In this document: piece by piece, positions 20,286-30,068 of the stretch | Layout of the letters: the number at the start of each line of letters is the position of its first letter | How positions within the stretch are numbered: the stretch's first letter is position 1 | Source of the DNA: a bacterium | Lineage (GTDB): Bacteria; Bacteroidota; Bacteroidia; Bacteroidales; Bacteroidaceae | DNA length: 64,000 nt | Direction of reading: 5' to 3' | Assembly (NCBI GenBank): GCA_963644035.1 | Contig: CAVIMN010000011.1 | Location: 22,387 to 86,386, forward strand | Program-made: the position numbers and the translations under genes | The notes under the pieces: model-generated | What the model saw: the letters and a program-made list of their open reading frames with translations, nothing else | Told to the model about the DNA's origin: nothing | Database searches by the model: none

Positions 20286-23183
20286 ATGAGAAATGCTATT
20301 ATTTCCGCAATGGTTTTATCAGCTACTCTTTTACCAACAGCTTCGGTATTAGGACAAGATGATACTTCTAAAATTTCAGACTCTTTGCGTCATGAGTTGA
20401 AAAAAGAGTGTATAGGCAATGCAACAGTAAAAAAAGAAGCACCATTTAAATCGGGAGATTACATACCCACCGGTGCGTCGTATTTAAATGCAACTGTGCG
20501 CAATTATTATGACAACATGGATTACGACTCCCAATTTGACACTAGCTGCCAAAAAGGAGAAATAAACCCTGATTTTGACTATCTTTACATGACAAGTAAA
20601 GGTGTTACTGACAATCACAATGAAGTGGGTGTGGTGTACTATATCTATTTCAACAAGTCGCAGTGTCAGATTCTCAAGTGTAATACTATAGATAATAAGC
20701 TTATTTGTAAGTCTGACGTATTCAATTGTGAGGGTATTGGTCTTAATACAAAATTCTCTGAGGGTAAATACGATTTTATGGGAAATTTGATAACACCCGT
20801 TGTTTGTTCAAAATATACGAACGATACTCGTCATAATGAGCTTTTGCAGAGTATGTTTGATGCCAATACCATGGATTACAACGGTGATGGAATTGACGAC
20901 CTTTTCTTAGTGTTTGGGCGTACATTACGTATATATGACGGTAAAGACTTAAAGCAGCTGATGTCTTATACAATGCGCAATGAACGCGATAACATTAGCC
21001 CTTCATCTATTGTTTATGACTTTAATGGTGATGGCAAAAAGGATTACTTATGTATGTATACCCATATGAGTGATCCCGAGAAAACCTCTTATAATATGCT
21101 AGATAGAAATAATAATACTGCTGACATTGACGGGATGCTGATTTATTCAAAGCTCGACAAGGATGGTAAATTTACATATAGTAATCCTGTGAAGAAGAAT
21201 GTCAATGATAGAATAGACTTTTTTGAAAAGCATAAGACGCTGACAACGATACATGGTATTCGGAACACTCTCAATATGCAGCTTATTTATCCTGATGGAA
21301 AGAACTGTGCGCCAAAACTGGCATTGGCAGTAAATGTAATATATAGATCTAATGGTGAACATTATAAATTTGACCAGCAACTTACTATTATTGATATACT
21401 TCCAAATGCGGAAGAGAAAGCGAAAGACTGGTATAAAGTTTCTAGCTATACTACGAGAGAAAGCAAGGCAATGTATTGGTATTCTTACAGTAACTCTATA
21501 TATACGGTTTACAAATATAATAGAAATGTTCCATATCTCTTTGGTAGGCCTGCTTTGTGTGCAGCATCCGTGGACGGAAACGACAAACCGCAAAAAATTT
21601 TCTGGGTTGATGGTGTTTATAGCTACAATAGTAGTGCTCGGACATTCGTAAAAGATTTTGAAATTCAAGGGAAGCATAAAGAGGATGAAGGGTCTGGTTT
21701 CGACCGTGTAGTGGGCGGACAAGTTGTGGCTGTTCCAAGCAGAGATTTGTCTAAGGAAGAGTTCGCTTTTATTTTAGCTGATTCTGAAACACAACTTTGG
21801 AATGACTATCGCGAATGGAAAGACATAAGTTTCAAATTAGCTACGGTTTCCAATAAAAGTGGAAAGTGGGACATTTCTGTAATAAAGGACTATATACTTG
21901 AAAATAGTATTAAGGTAAAAGACAATAACGGAAAAGAAATAACCTCAAAGCTTGATTTCAGCCTGACTACCGTAGGGCGTGACAGAGGAATGAAGGTTCG
22001 TTTTGAAAAAGCAGAGGTAACACTGACAACACCTATAATAGACCATGTAATTTGTGCAGCCCCAATTCAAGGTGACAATCCTGCTCCGATTACTTTCGAT
22101 AAGTCAGAATCACAAACGGCTGGCAGATCTATTTCTACTTCATCAAGTTGCGGCTATTCTGTTGATACAAGTATAGGCTTCTTTAAAACGTTGAAGTTCA
22201 CTATAGGGGCAAGTGTAAACAAAACTATTGCTAACTCACAATCGGAAAGTATAACGGAAACTGTAGGCAATGGTATAACGATAGACAATGCCAACGACTA
22301 TGTGCTTTTCAACTGCTATGTTGCCGACAAATACGAATATGTGATAGACGAATGTGGATCTATTCCCGAACTTGTGGGAACTAAATTTTGCATTATGAGG
22401 CTACGTGAAGACTTCTGCCGACAGTTTGACAAGAATGTGGAAGAGTTTAACCTCCTAGTAAGAGGCACTTCATGTCCGGAAATAACGGAAGAAGTTCTGT
22501 GCCATAAGACAGGTGACTATAATACTTATCCTCATGGAGAAAATGGATATAATTCTAAAGAGGATGTAAAACAAGCATTTGACTTGAATGATGCTGGTAC
22601 TTATATAATTACAAACTTTCAAACACGTTCTTCAAACAACACCGTATATATGTCGGCTTCATTCAATAATAGTAAAAGCGAATCAAAAGCAGAATCGCAA
22701 AGCGTAAGCACAAAAGCTGCTATATCACTTGATTTGGATTTTGCAGGTGTGGCTTCCTCAACCGCATTTACATGGACTGGTGGCGCGTCACAAGAATGGG
22801 CTGAAACAATGACACTTGGTGAAGGAACTACAGTAAAGGCTACGCTTCCTAAATCAAAAGACGACAAGAATTCTTACTGTATGGCTTACTATAAAAAGAA
22901 CATTACAACCAAGGAAGGAGCACCTTATAGCTTTATGGTAGTCAATTGGTATTATTTAACATCCAACATTAATGCAAGTAATGCAAAGATGCGTGCCATG
23001 AATTTAGATTCTGACGAAACAGCAGGCATTAACGGTATCAACAACACAGGAAAGGAAGTTGCTTCAGTAGCATACTTCGATGCTAACGGTAGTGAACATA
23101 TTGCTCCAACAAAGGGTTTGAACATAAAGGTTACTACCTATAGCGACGGTACGAAGTCTACGGTCAAGATTATGAACAAATAA
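20286..23183 (+). CDS. Secreted FG-GAP/VCBS-repeat protein with Ser/Thr-rich hairpin segments and a T9SS-type C-terminal domain
   Basis: N-terminal signal peptide; DYNGDGIDD and DFNGDGKKD motifs; two alternating S/T-rich stretches; C-terminus TAGINGI...YFDANG...KGLNI...DGTKSTVKIMNK. Confidence 0.75.
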   Translation: MRNAIISAMVLSATLLPTASVLGQDDTSKISDSLRHELKKECIGNATVKKEAPFKSGDYIPTGASYLNATVRNYYDNMDYDSQFDTSCQKGEINPDFDYLYMTSKGVTDNHNEVGVVYYIYFNKSQCQILKCNTIDNKLICKSDVFNCEGIGLNTKFSEGKYDFMGNLITPVVCSKYTNDTRHNELLQSMFDANTMDYNGDGIDDLFLVFGRTLRIYDGKDLKQLMSYTMRNERDNISPSSIVYDFNGDGKKDYLCMYTHMSDPEKTSYNMLDRNNNTADIDGMLIYSKLDKDGKFTYSNPVKKNVNDRIDFFEKHKTLTTIHGIRNTLNMQLIYPDGKNCAPKLALAVNVIYRSNGEHYKFDQQLTIIDILPNAEEKAKDWYKVSSYTTRESKAMYWYSYSNSIYTVYKYNRNVPYLFGRPALCAASVDGNDKPQKIFWVDGVYSYNSSARTFVKDFEIQGKHKEDEGSGFDRVVGGQVVAVPSRDLSKEEFAFILADSETQLWNDYREWKDISFKLATVSNKSGKWDISVIKDYILENSIKVKDNNGKEITSKLDFSLTTVGRDRGMKVRFEKAEVTLTTPIIDHVICAAPIQGDNPAPITFDKSESQTAGRSISTSSSCGYSVDTSIGFFKTLKFTIGASVNKTIANSQSESITETVGNGITIDNANDYVLFNCYVADKYEYVIDECGSIPELVGTKFCIMRLREDFCRQFDKNVEEFNLLVRGTSCPEITEEVLCHKTGDYNTYPHGENGYNSKEDVKQAFDLNDAGTYIITNFQTRSSNNTVYMSASFNNSKSESKAESQSVSTKAAISLDLDFAGVASSTAFTWTGGASQEWAETMTLGEGTTVKATLPKSKDDKNSYCMAYYKKNITTKEGAPYSFMVVNWYYLTSNINASNAKMRAMNLDSDETAGINGINNTGKEVASVAYFDANGSEHIAPTKGLNIKVTTYSDGTKSTVKIMNK

Positions 23184-23231
23184 ATGTATACCGCTTTTCC
23201 TTTCTGCTATGCAGATTGAAAAGTGAAAATA

Positions 23232-23271
23232 AAAAGAGGCTATGTCAAAACAATAGGCATAGTCTCTTTTT
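23232..23271. terminator. Bidirectional intrinsic terminator
   Basis: AAAAAGAGGCTATGTC...GGCATAGTCTCTTTTT between convergent genes. Confidence 0.75.
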
Positions 23272-23297
23272 ATGATATATAGGATAAGACGATTTTT

Positions 23298-24407
23298 CTA
23301 CCGCATATAGTTGTGTATCTTTTCATTCTTTAGAGAAGATATAAGAGTTGTCCATTTAATGAAGATGTTTTCCTTGTAAAACCGTTTTGCCATACTGGCG
23401 GCATTTTCGCCAAATGAGCGGCGTAACTGTTCGTTGTCCATCATTTTATTTATTGCCGATGTTAGAGCAGCTGAGTCGCCTTGTTTAATGAGAATACCGT
23501 TTTTACCATTTTCTATAATGTCAGATGCACCATAAACGAAATTGAAAGCAACGGAAGGCAGAGCGCATGCCTGTGCTTCTATTAGGGTTATCGGCTGTCC
23601 TTCATAGCGTGAAGGCATTATGTGAAGACTGTATTGTGGATATTTTTCCATGATGTAGTTGGTGCGTCCGCAAAGAGTTATTAAACTGTTCATTCCGCTG
23701 TCGTCTATCTGTTTTTGCAGTGCAGCATGCTCATTTCCCTCACCATAGATATCAAGATGCCAGTCTTGATGATTTAAGGCTATATCTTTCCAACATTCTA
23801 TAAGAATGTCAAATCCTTTCTGCTTCTCAAGTCTTCCTACGGCTATGGCTTTCTTAACAGCATAATTGATGGTTGTTTGCTTGGGGGCTTCAATGAAGTT
23901 TGATATTGTTTCCACCCTATGCGTATGCTTGAAGTCTGCGGCATCATCGGCAGTTAGGCATACTATTGCGTCAGCCTTTAGCTCCGTAAGGCGGAAAAGA
24001 GCGTTGTAGGGAGTGAATTTTCTTGCCAAGTGGGATTCGTATACACGGATGGCTTTAGTGCGGCATAGAGGCAGTAGAAGAGCTCCCAGAGTAGTTGTGA
24101 AGAATATTATGTCTGGGTCAGTTTCCTTCAATGCTTTGTTTAGTTTGCTTACGGCCTTTATGAGTGTGGTTATGCGGCTGACGGTGGTAATAATCTTACC
24201 TTTGCCCTTTACTGCAAAAGGAACTTTTAGATTTATTGTCTTTATATTTTCAGCAAGACTATTGGCAGGCTGCCGTGCGTCATCATATACGGATATAAGG
24301 CTTACTTCATGTCCGAAGATGTTGCTTAGTTCGTTTGCCTTTTGTGTAACAATGCGTTCCACTCCTCCGTTTTCAGAGAAATCCTCAACAATATATGTTA
24401 TTTTCAT
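23298..24407 (-). CDS. Glycosyltransferase family 4
   Basis: Motifs GGVER, VGRLEKQKGFD and PSRYEG...IEAQ. Confidence 0.9.
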   Translation of the reverse strand: MKITYIVEDFSENGGVERIVTQKANELSNIFGHEVSLISVYDDARQPANSLAENIKTINLKVPFAVKGKGKIITTVSRITTLIKAVSKLNKALKETDPDIIFFTTTLGALLLPLCRTKAIRVYESHLARKFTPYNALFRLTELKADAIVCLTADDAADFKHTHRVETISNFIEAPKQTTINYAVKKAIAVGRLEKQKGFDILIECWKDIALNHQDWHLDIYGEGNEHAALQKQIDDSGMNSLITLCGRTNYIMEKYPQYSLHIMPSRYEGQPITLIEAQACALPSVAFNFVYGASDIIENGKNGILIKQGDSAALTSAINKMMDNEQLRRSFGENAASMAKRFYKENIFIKWTTLISSLKNEKIHNYMR

Positions 24408-24431
24408 GCGGCATTCTCCATTTTTTTTCTT

Positions 24432-25352
24432 TTAGTTCTTCCTTATTTTTGTAATCAGCCGACAGGTGTTCTTTACACCGAGTATATCAACCAACAAAGC
24501 TTTTACAGTGTCTTTTCCTGTGGCATATCCGCTAAGTGCCACATGCTGGTTGTGAAGTAGTATTTTGCCGGTTCGGGCATACGAATATATTTGCGAAGTG
24601 AGCATGTTTATATATATACGGTGCCAACGACGTTGTTTGGTATCTATACCAAGACTTTTTACGAGGGTTAACTGTGCTTCAAGTAGTGAAGTTAGTCCGT
24701 CTGCTTTGTCTTTAGCCATTATTCCTTTATCGTTGTAGTGGTATATATAGCGCCCTTTGTCGGTGGTGGCTATAATGTGTGTCTTGTTAAGGATGTGGGG
24801 CAATATGAGTATGTCTTCGTATTTTTTTTCTTTAGGAAAGAGTACGTTGCCTCCGAATAGTTTTTTTCTGTATATTTTGTTCCATGCCCAACAATGTTCC
24901 GTGCCGCGATATGATAGCCAGTCGAGGGGATTGTGGAAAATATTGTTTCCTGGGTTAAAGAGCGTCTCGTCTGTACGTCCTGGGTTTTGGAGAACAGGAA
25001 ACTCAAGAATGTCGTATTCTGGATGTTTTAGCAGAATGTTGAGCAAAGAGGTATAGGTCTTTTGCTCCACTTCGTCATCGCTGTCAACAAATGTTACGTA
25101 TTTTCCTTTAGCTAGCGCAAGTCCGTAATTGCGTGCATCCGACAAACCACCATTTTTCTTGTGATATGAATAAATGTATTTTTCCTTTTTTGCATATTCG
25201 TCCGCCATGCTTCCACTGCCATCTGTCGAGCCGTCGTCAATTAGCAACACCTCACATGAGGGAAGTTCTTGGCGGATGATACTGTCAACGCACCTGCATA
25301 ATGTTTCTGCCACGTTGTAAACAGGTATTATTATGGTTAGGAGTGTTTCCAT
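24432..25352 (-). CDS. Glycosyltransferase family 2
   Basis: Motifs IIIPVYN, IDDGSTD, NGGLSDARNYG and FVDSDD. Confidence 0.9.
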   Translation of the reverse strand: METLLTIIIPVYNVAETLCRCVDSIIRQELPSCEVLLIDDGSTDGSGSMADEYAKKEKYIYSYHKKNGGLSDARNYGLALAKGKYVTFVDSDDEVEQKTYTSLLNILLKHPEYDILEFPVLQNPGRTDETLFNPGNNIFHNPLDWLSYRGTEHCWAWNKIYRKKLFGGNVLFPKEKKYEDILILPHILNKTHIIATTDKGRYIYHYNDKGIMAKDKADGLTSLLEAQLTLVKSLGIDTKQRRWHRIYINMLTSQIYSYARTGKILLHNQHVALSGYATGKDTVKALLVDILGVKNTCRLITKIRKN

Positions 25353-26053
25353 AGTTTGAATATGTTTTTAAAAGTATTCCATCTGAACATAATTTTCTGG
25401 CATATAGAATATTTGCTTCCCATGCCGTTATACGATGCAGCATCTTCATGTCGGCGGAACATTATGAGCGGTTCGTTGATGAAACCCACATTGAAGAAAA
25501 AGGCAGCCACGTTGCCAATCCAAATGTCGTGCATCGGTATGTTGTCAGGAAAAGGCAGTGACTTTTTCAGAACATTCTTGTTGAAAGCCATGCAGCAGCC
25601 TGTATATCCGTTGTGTACAAAAAGGTTGTAAATGCGGTTATGCCTAACATGCATTATTTTGAAGAGCGAATGGCTTGTAATATTGCCTTCTGCGTCTGTC
25701 ACCATAGCATCACTCACAACGCAGTCGTATCTCCCTTGTTTAAGTATGCCCATCATTTTCTTTACTTTCTGTGACATCCATATATCATCCTGGTCGGAAA
25801 GAAATATGTAATCACCTTTGGCATACTTTAATGCGTTTTCAAAATTTGTCGTGGGAGAGTGCTTTTTACCATTATTGGGGATAATCCTAATCCTTGCGTC
25901 GGAGATGGTGCTTACTATGGATAGGGTTTTGTCTGTAGAACCATCGTCAGAAAGAATCACCTCGTCGTTTTCTTCAAGCTGCGGCAGGATGCTTTTTATT
26001 TGTTCTTCAATGAATCTAGCACCATTGTAAGTGGCTATGCAGACAGTTATCAT
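25337..26053 (-). CDS. Glycosyltransferase family 2
   Basis: Motifs IATYNG, SDDGSTD, FLSDQDD and MHDIW. Confidence 0.9.
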   Translation of the reverse strand: MITVCIATYNGARFIEEQIKSILPQLEENDEVILSDDGSTDKTLSIVSTISDARIRIIPNNGKKHSPTTNFENALKYAKGDYIFLSDQDDIWMSQKVKKMMGILKQGRYDCVVSDAMVTDAEGNITSHSLFKIMHVRHNRIYNLFVHNGYTGCCMAFNKNVLKKSLPFPDNIPMHDIWIGNVAAFFFNVGFINEPLIMFRRHEDAASYNGMGSKYSICQKIMFRWNTFKNIFKLWKHS

Positions 26054-26068
26054 CGTTTATATGTAAGG

Positions 26069-28195
26069 TTAGTTTATAACGGCTATTTTACACACCGTGC
26101 CGCTATCGCCGCTTTCTGTAGCAGTGTTTACCATATACACACCACTTGCCACGCGTTTTCCTTTTTTGTCGCAGCCATCCCAGTGGAAAGAACCGCCTGT
26201 ACTGCGGCCTTCTGCCACAATTACTCCGTTTGTAGTGGTTATTTTTACATCTGCGTTGTAAGATAGTCCGACAATGGTTATCAATCCTGTGTATTCGGGT
26301 TTTACGGGATTGGGATATGCCCATACGTTGTCTTTAGACATGTTGTCGTTGGTTTTTGAGGCATTGCTCTCAACGGAACAAAGTCCTTTGTCTGTACCAA
26401 TGTAAACAGTTCCTGTCTCGTTGTTTATGACAATTTTTTCCACCACGTCGGATAGCAAACAGCTATTTGAAGATTGGAAATGCGCCTCCTGCACCATATT
26501 GTCTGCGCTTATGACATATACGCCGTCTGTGCTTGTGCCAACCCATTTTCTGTTTGCGTTGTCTATGGCTATTGTTGCTATGTCAAGTCCGGCAAGAAGG
26601 TAGTCGGCATAGTTTGTTCCATCGTTTCTTGGCACTTTTACTTGATAGAAACCTTTTGATGGGTCGCGTTGGTATTCTTCATTTAGCAGAAGAAGCCCTA
26701 CGTTTGAGCCAACCCATATATTCCCGTCCTTGTCTTCTTCAAGCGACTTACAGCCAGCTATTCCGGAAATAGAAGTATTGTCTTCGTTGACAAATGTGGT
26801 GTATTTGTATAATGTACTCATGTCAGCAGAATAACAATACACACCAGGGTTAGCATGTCTTCCCGTATGAAACCACAGTCTTCCAGCGGAGTCGTACCCC
26901 ATAAACTTGGCATTGTTAATCTGAGCGCGCGGGAGTGTCTGTGAAGGTTCAGACCAAGAACTACTCTTGGCATTGTATTTTAATATGGGCTTTTCTGCCT
27001 GCATATTCATTATCCATAAAGTGTTGTCTTTGTCGTAGAAAAGTGATGTAATTATTTGGTAGTTGTCATCATCTTCCAAGCCTTCTACAGATGAAATAGG
27101 ACTGTTTTTATGGTCAAACCGATTTGTTTGCTTACCGTTTTGAAATTCATATAATCCGCTTTGGCAGCCGACCATAACGTGGTTATCGTCTTGTGGATCA
27201 ACCTCAAGACTTAGAATATCTCGGTATACAACGTTGTATTTTTCGCTTATGCCTGTGTTTTCGTATGTTGTCCACGAATTATCTTCCAAATTGTAAATCT
27301 GCACGGCAGCAGGATTGTTGTAGTCCCATTCCCCACCGTTACAGGTATATATTTTTCCGTTGTGGAGTTTCATGTATCCGATGGTGTTGTATTTGGGAGC
27401 CACCGGGTTAATGTCTTGGTGTATTATTGTTGATAAACCATCGGTAGACACTGTATATGCCTGCAACTTTTGGTCGTTTTGGTTAGTCCAATAGCAACGG
27501 TTTGTTTTGTCGTAGACGGTATATTGTGTGTATCCATTGTCAGTACTGATAGTTGCAGTGTTGGAATTGGTAAAAGCTATGCTTTCGGTTGTTATTTTCC
27601 AATTGTTTCTGTCAAGCAAATTATCTTTTGTAGAACCTACAAAAACACCGTTGTCTGTATCTATATATATATTGTCACCTTTAAATGCGCAAGCCTTTAC
27701 GTTCATTCCAATGTTGATGGTCTCGCGTATAAGGGCATTCTGCATGTCAACTTGCACAAGTCCGAAGGCAGTACACAGGTATGCAATATTTCCGTTGATG
27801 AATATATCGTTGACATTCTTGCTGGAATTCATTGTCTTGTTTGAATAGTCAGGAATATTTTCAACGTTCTGTTTGTTGTCAAGCAAATCAATGTTATAAT
27901 TGTCGTAGACGATGATGAGTTTCTTAGCTGTGCTGTTCCATGCTATTTTTGATATAGTACAGTCGCTAAGTGGATAGACCTTGTCGTAGGTTGTCACACT
28001 TCCGTCGCTTATAGTATAAGAGAAAAGGTCTCCAGAGCTGAGCACATATACTTGCTGTCCGGTGGGTTCAATGTCAGTAATGTCACCATAAGCCATGTAT
28101 GTCTTCCAGTTGTTGAAAGAATCAGCCGTGTCAGCGGTGGCATTAAGCGTTGCCGTTGCAAGTGCCAAGAGGATTGCCGTTGTGTGTCTGCGCAT
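26069..28195 (-). CDS. porZ: Type IX secretion system accessory beta-propeller protein (PorZ-like)
   Basis: Signal peptide, WKTYMAY start, Reg_prop-like blades (DKDGNIWVG, IDNANRKWVGT) and T9SS CTD (AYPNPV...WDGCD...SGVY...KIAVIN). Confidence 0.8.
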   Translation of the reverse strand: MRRHTTAILLALATATLNATADTADSFNNWKTYMAYGDITDIEPTGQQVYVLSSGDLFSYTISDGSVTTYDKVYPLSDCTISKIAWNSTAKKLIIVYDNYNIDLLDNKQNVENIPDYSNKTMNSSKNVNDIFINGNIAYLCTAFGLVQVDMQNALIRETINIGMNVKACAFKGDNIYIDTDNGVFVGSTKDNLLDRNNWKITTESIAFTNSNTATISTDNGYTQYTVYDKTNRCYWTNQNDQKLQAYTVSTDGLSTIIHQDINPVAPKYNTIGYMKLHNGKIYTCNGGEWDYNNPAAVQIYNLEDNSWTTYENTGISEKYNVVYRDILSLEVDPQDDNHVMVGCQSGLYEFQNGKQTNRFDHKNSPISSVEGLEDDDNYQIITSLFYDKDNTLWIMNMQAEKPILKYNAKSSSWSEPSQTLPRAQINNAKFMGYDSAGRLWFHTGRHANPGVYCYSADMSTLYKYTTFVNEDNTSISGIAGCKSLEEDKDGNIWVGSNVGLLLLNEEYQRDPSKGFYQVKVPRNDGTNYADYLLAGLDIATIAIDNANRKWVGTSTDGVYVISADNMVQEAHFQSSNSCLLSDVVEKIVINNETGTVYIGTDKGLCSVESNASKTNDNMSKDNVWAYPNPVKPEYTGLITIVGLSYNADVKITTTNGVIVAEGRSTGGSFHWDGCDKKGKRVASGVYMVNTATESGDSGTVCKIAVIN

Positions 28196-28283
28196 AATTT
28201 GAAATATTTTCTTTTATAACGTTTGCCGATGCCTTTTTATTGCTTGCGTAGCTGCGTTATTGTATATTCGTCCGTATGTTTTC

Positions 28284-28901
28284 TTACTTTTCTGCAGCTA
28301 TGCCTTTCAGATAGTTAGCCAATTTTTCCACGGCACGCGCACGATGGGATATTTTGTTTTTTATTTCGTTGCCAAGTTCGGCAAATGTCTTGTCGTATCC
28401 GATAGGGCGGAATATAGGGTCGTAGCCAAACCCCGACTCACCTCTCTTCTCTGTTGTTATCTCCCCGTCTACGATGCCTTCAAAAATGAGAGGTGTTGTT
28501 TCATTGTTCTCTTCATTGTCTTTTTTCTGAAGAATGCAAGCAATGGCAGTTCTGAAGCGTGCTTTTCTGTTCTTTTTCTCCGCTAGTTCAAAAAGAAGTT
28601 TCTTCATGTTTGCCTCACTGTCATGTCCTTCTCCCCCAGCGTAACGCGCAGAGTATACGCCAGGTGCTCCGTTTAGAGCTTCTACTTCAAGCCCTGTGTC
28701 ATCAGCAAATACGCTCAATCCGTAGTTTCTGAAAATGTAATCAGCTTTTATGGCAGCATTTTCTTCAAGTGTAGTTCCTGTTTCCGGAATGTCAACGTTG
28801 CATTCTATGTCGCTGAGTGAAAGAACTTCGAATCTTTCACCAAGAATATCCCTTATCTCTTCAAGTTTGTGTTTGTTGTTTGTTGCAAAAACTATTTTCA
28901 T
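28284..28901 (-). CDS. rdgB: Non-canonical purine NTP pyrophosphatase (RdgB/HAM1)
   Basis: Motifs [26 protein letters not shown] and SHR. Confidence 0.93.
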   Translation of the reverse strand: MKIVFATNNKHKLEEIRDILGERFEVLSLSDIECNVDIPETGTTLEENAAIKADYIFRNYGLSVFADDTGLEVEALNGAPGVYSARYAGGEGHDSEANMKKLLFELAEKKNRKARFRTAIACILQKKDNEENNETTPLIFEGIVDGEITTEKRGESGFGYDPIFRPIGYDKTFAELGNEIKNKISHRARAVEKLANYLKGIAAEK

Positions 28902-29953
28902 TTTATTTCCTTGTCTTTTCTTTTTTCGCTATTGTTTTCTTTCTCGTTTTGTTTTGAAGAAACTCCGTAAGTGTGTAGATCAGCTTCTTTCTTTCCTATT
29001 TTTACTTTTATTGGGTCGAAGCCCTCACCGAACACTCCCTGTACGCTGCTTTGGCTTACGAAGGCATTTGGATCTATCGTCTTTATTATTCGGAAGATAA
29101 GCACGCTTTCTCTTTTTTTTGCCATCAGGCAGATAACCTTCATAGGGGCACCCGAATACCATCCATGACCATCGAGAATAGTCATTGTATGTTCTGTGTG
29201 TTTGGCTATGGCATTGGCTATTTCTTGATATTTCTTTGAGAAGATCATGAACTGCACCGATTGTCTTTGCCAGTTCATAACAAAGTCAAGCATAGAACAT
29301 TCTATGAACATTGTGCAAAGTCCAAACACTACCTTTTGGCATCTTATGGAGAAAACGCCAAATGAATCAACAAAGAGACTGCTGCTTATGATGCAGAGGT
29401 CAACCATAATCATTGCTTTTCCAAGCGAAACGTTGTGGTGCTTGTTTACTAAAGCCGCCACAATATCTGTACCACCAGTACTGCCGTTGCTTAGAAAGAC
29501 TATAGCCAGTGCAGTGCCTGTGAGCATACATCCGATTACAAGCGACATGAAGTCGTTGCCTTCCCCCATCAGTTTAAGAAAAGTTCCGTCTGGTTGCTCC
29601 ACAATCTTCTGTGCAATTTCAAGCATTATGGTTAATGCGAATGTTGCATATATGGTCTTTGTGAGGAATTTTACACCTAGTTCCTTGAGTGCCCCAACTA
29701 TGAGTAAGGCATTAATAATGAAGAATGTGTATTGAACGGGGAATTTTGTTGCATAGAAAATGATGGCTCCGATACCGGCAATACCTCCGGTAACAATCTG
29801 ATATGGCAGGAGGAATACAGTAAATCCAAAAGTGTATAGAAGTAGTCCGAGCGTGATGTTTATATAGTCGCGCGTTTCTCTAACAAAGTTTTTTCCCATT
29901 TCGCTTCTTAGGAAAGCTTTCAAGCCACTGTTTCCTTTTACTGGTGTTTGCAT
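28898..29953 (-). CDS. YitT family membrane protein
   Basis: TGGIAG and GSTGGTDI motifs, C-terminal IDPNAFV...VFGEGF; start codon uncertain. Confidence 0.85.
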   Translation of the reverse strand: MQTPVKGNSGLKAFLRSEMGKNFVRETRDYINITLGLLLYTFGFTVFLLPYQIVTGGIAGIGAIIFYATKFPVQYTFFIINALLIVGALKELGVKFLTKTIYATFALTIMLEIAQKIVEQPDGTFLKLMGEGNDFMSLVIGCMLTGTALAIVFLSNGSTGGTDIVAALVNKHHNVSLGKAMIMVDLCIISSSLFVDSFGVFSIRCQKVVFGLCTMFIECSMLDFVMNWQRQSVQFMIFSKKYQEIANAIAKHTEHTMTILDGHGWYSGAPMKVICLMAKKRESVLIFRIIKTIDPNAFVSQSSVQGVFGEGFDPIKVKIGKKEADLHTYGVSSKQNEKENNSEKRKDKEIK

Positions 29954-30068
29954 AGGTAATGATTTTTGGTTGATAATGTTGTGGAATCGTTGCTGCACGC
30001 CTGGGTTAGAAGCATCCGTCCCCTACCCTGCTTCCTTTTTTGAAGTGGGCAAGGAGGGGACGGGAGTC

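Noticed and set aside
30016..30063. GC-rich hairpin next to leuS as a T-box or attenuator
   Set aside because: It lies downstream of leuS rather than upstream and has no T-box motif; probably a terminator or processing stem.
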